A stretch of DNA of 64,000 bases from Selaginella moellendorffii (Eukaryota; Plantae; Lycopodiophyta), in NCBI RefSeq assembly GCF_000143415.4, contig NW_003314303.1:1177322-1241321 (forward strand). The letters are read 5' to 3'. This document shows positions 62,202 through 64,000 of this stretch, piece by piece (the stretch's first letter is position 1; every line of letters starts with the position of its first letter). The translations under genes were made by a program, and so were the position numbers. The notes below the pieces were generated by a model that had not been told where the DNA came from, did no database searches, and saw only the letters and a list, made by a program, of their open reading frames with translations.

Positions 62202-64000
62202 ATGGGGCCGGAGCGGTCGGTGTCCTACATTTCGCTGTTCCGGTTCGCGGATGCCAAAGATTTTGTGCTGATTGCGGCTGGCACGCTCGGCGCCGTCGTC
62301 AATGGCCTCACTTTCCCTGCGATGCTCATCATTCGCGGCCGCATGATCGACAACTTTGGTACTTTGCCACAGGACGGCGCGATGAGCACGAAGTTCTCCC
62401 AGGTGCGCGGTTTTCTCCCTGTTCTAAGTAGTGCGCTCGCTTTTTCTCCTTTGACTCCACCGGTTTTGGTGATTGGATCTTGGATTTGGTTGTGAGTGTG
62501 GATTGGTTGTTTTGCTGCAGGACGCGCTTCTTTTTGTTTATATCGCCATTGTTGCGTGGATCGCGTCATACATTGGTATCTTATCCATAGACTAAAGAAA
62601 AAGGAATAGAAGAACAACTTAGTGGGCTTGCTTAAATGTGTTTTTATCTCGTGTGGTTAAGACAGAAGTAAGCTGCTGGATGTTTACTGGCGAGAGGCAA
62701 GCGTCGAGGCTGAGAGCACTGTATCTCAGATCTGTGCTCCGCCAGAACGTTTCTTTTCTTGACAACGAGCTTTCAGCAACTTACATTGTCAACTGCGTAT
62801 CGGACGATACGCTCCTGGTGCAAGAGGCAATTAGCGAGAAGGTAACGTTGTCTTTCATATATTTTTTGTGTCGCTTTCGGATATTGATGTTTGCTGTGAA
62901 GGTCTATATAGACTGGCAACTTCATCCGGAACGTTGTCCAGTTTGTGGGAGGATATTTGGTTGGATTTACGCAGTCTTGGAAGCTGGCAATCGCTATACT
63001 GCCTTTCACGCCGCTGCTCATTCTGCCAGGGGTGTTTTACGGGAGCGCCATCTTGAAGTTTGAGAATGAGAAGCAGGCCACGTACAGTAAAGCAGGGAAC
63101 ATGGCGGAGCAAACGATCGCGTGCATTCGTACTGTGTACTCACTTGTCGCGGAGACCAAGTCCCTTCGAGCTTATTCTCTTGCTCTCGAGGAAACCGTTG
63201 CATCTGGTTTAAAGCAGGGACTTATCAAGGGGCTGGTACTCGGTTCCAACGGGATCAGCTTCGTTTTATGGGCCTTCATGGCCTGGTTTGGAAGTGTGCT
63301 TGTCATGCACGGCGAAGCTAATGGTGCTGAGATTATCACTACCGGTTTGGCTCTGCTTAACGGAGGAAGGTACTTCTTCTCTTTTACGTTTGGAACAAAT
63401 GAAAACTTTGGTTTTTCTGATGCAGAGCTCTTGGTTTTGCCATGTCCAATCTTGGCGTTTTTGTTGAAGGACGCATGGCGGCATGGAGAATGTTTCACAT
63501 CATTAGGCGGATTCCACCCATCGACGTCGATAAATCTGACGGGAAAGCAATGCAATCTGTTCAAGGGCACATCAGACTGGAGGAAGTGGTATACGGCTAT
63601 CAGACAAGAGCTGACACACCCGTTCTTACCAGTTTCACACTGGACATACCCGCCGGTAACTCTGACTCTTGAGGTTTTTCGTTCTCTCATGAGCGTCAAA
63701 TGCAGGTAAAACCACCGCTTTAGTTGGCAGAAGTGGCTCCGGAAAATCTACTGTTATTTCTCTGCTGGAACGGTTTTACGATCCTTCAGCTGGTAGAATT
63801 CTTTTTGATGGAGTAGACATTAAGGAGCTTGACCTCAATTGGTATCGGCACCAGATTGGTCTTGTGAGCCGCGTTGTTTGCGACAACAATAAGGGAAAAC
63901 ATATTATACGGAAAGGAAGATGCCAGCGATGACGAGGTCTACAGAGCTGCTCACGCAGCAAATGCACATAGTTTTATTGTCAGGCTTCCCGAAGGCTACG
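62202..64000 (+). CDS. ABCB/P-glycoprotein transporter 5' part (possibly disrupted); runs off window
   Basis: [50 protein letters not shown]. Apparent deletion of QEP with a frameshift near 63870. Confidence 0.8.

Overview
Eukaryotic plant DNA. It is gene-dense, has very short GT-AG introns (about 45-75 nt) and PLS-class PPR genes, which fits a lycophyte such as Selaginella (inference). 1-2.1 kb: a head-to-head Mpo1/DUF962 and 3-isopropylmalate dehydrogenase pair. 2.2-20.3 kb: an array of about 11 EG45-like/plant-natriuretic-peptide (DPBB) genes and relics, amplified in roughly 6-kb units together with the 3' end of a neighbouring CBM22-GH10 xylanase. The units contain a TRIM mini-retrotransposon, a decayed retroelement protease and, in one unit only, a highly structured 311-bp insertion with no TSD. 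20-31 kb: a PPR gene, a SWO1/G2484-1-like Agenet gene, ThrRS and riboflavin-kinase pseudogenes, and an AT-rich block. 31.9-39.7 kb and 54.2-62.1 kb: an inverted duplication of about 7.9 kb. It is a mosaic of gene fragments in which a Ufm1-protease gene is split by GGT, kinase and LBD pieces. Between the arms are a U2 snRNA gene, a scrambled GH1 glucosidase, a GMC oxidoreductase fragment, a WD40 gene and a young 5-kb Ty3/gypsy element. That element has apparently identical LTRs, a tRNA-Ala PBS and a canonical -1 frameshift signal with a pseudoknot. ABCB transporter pieces flank the right arm. All calls come from manual reading and motif recognition; no searches were run.
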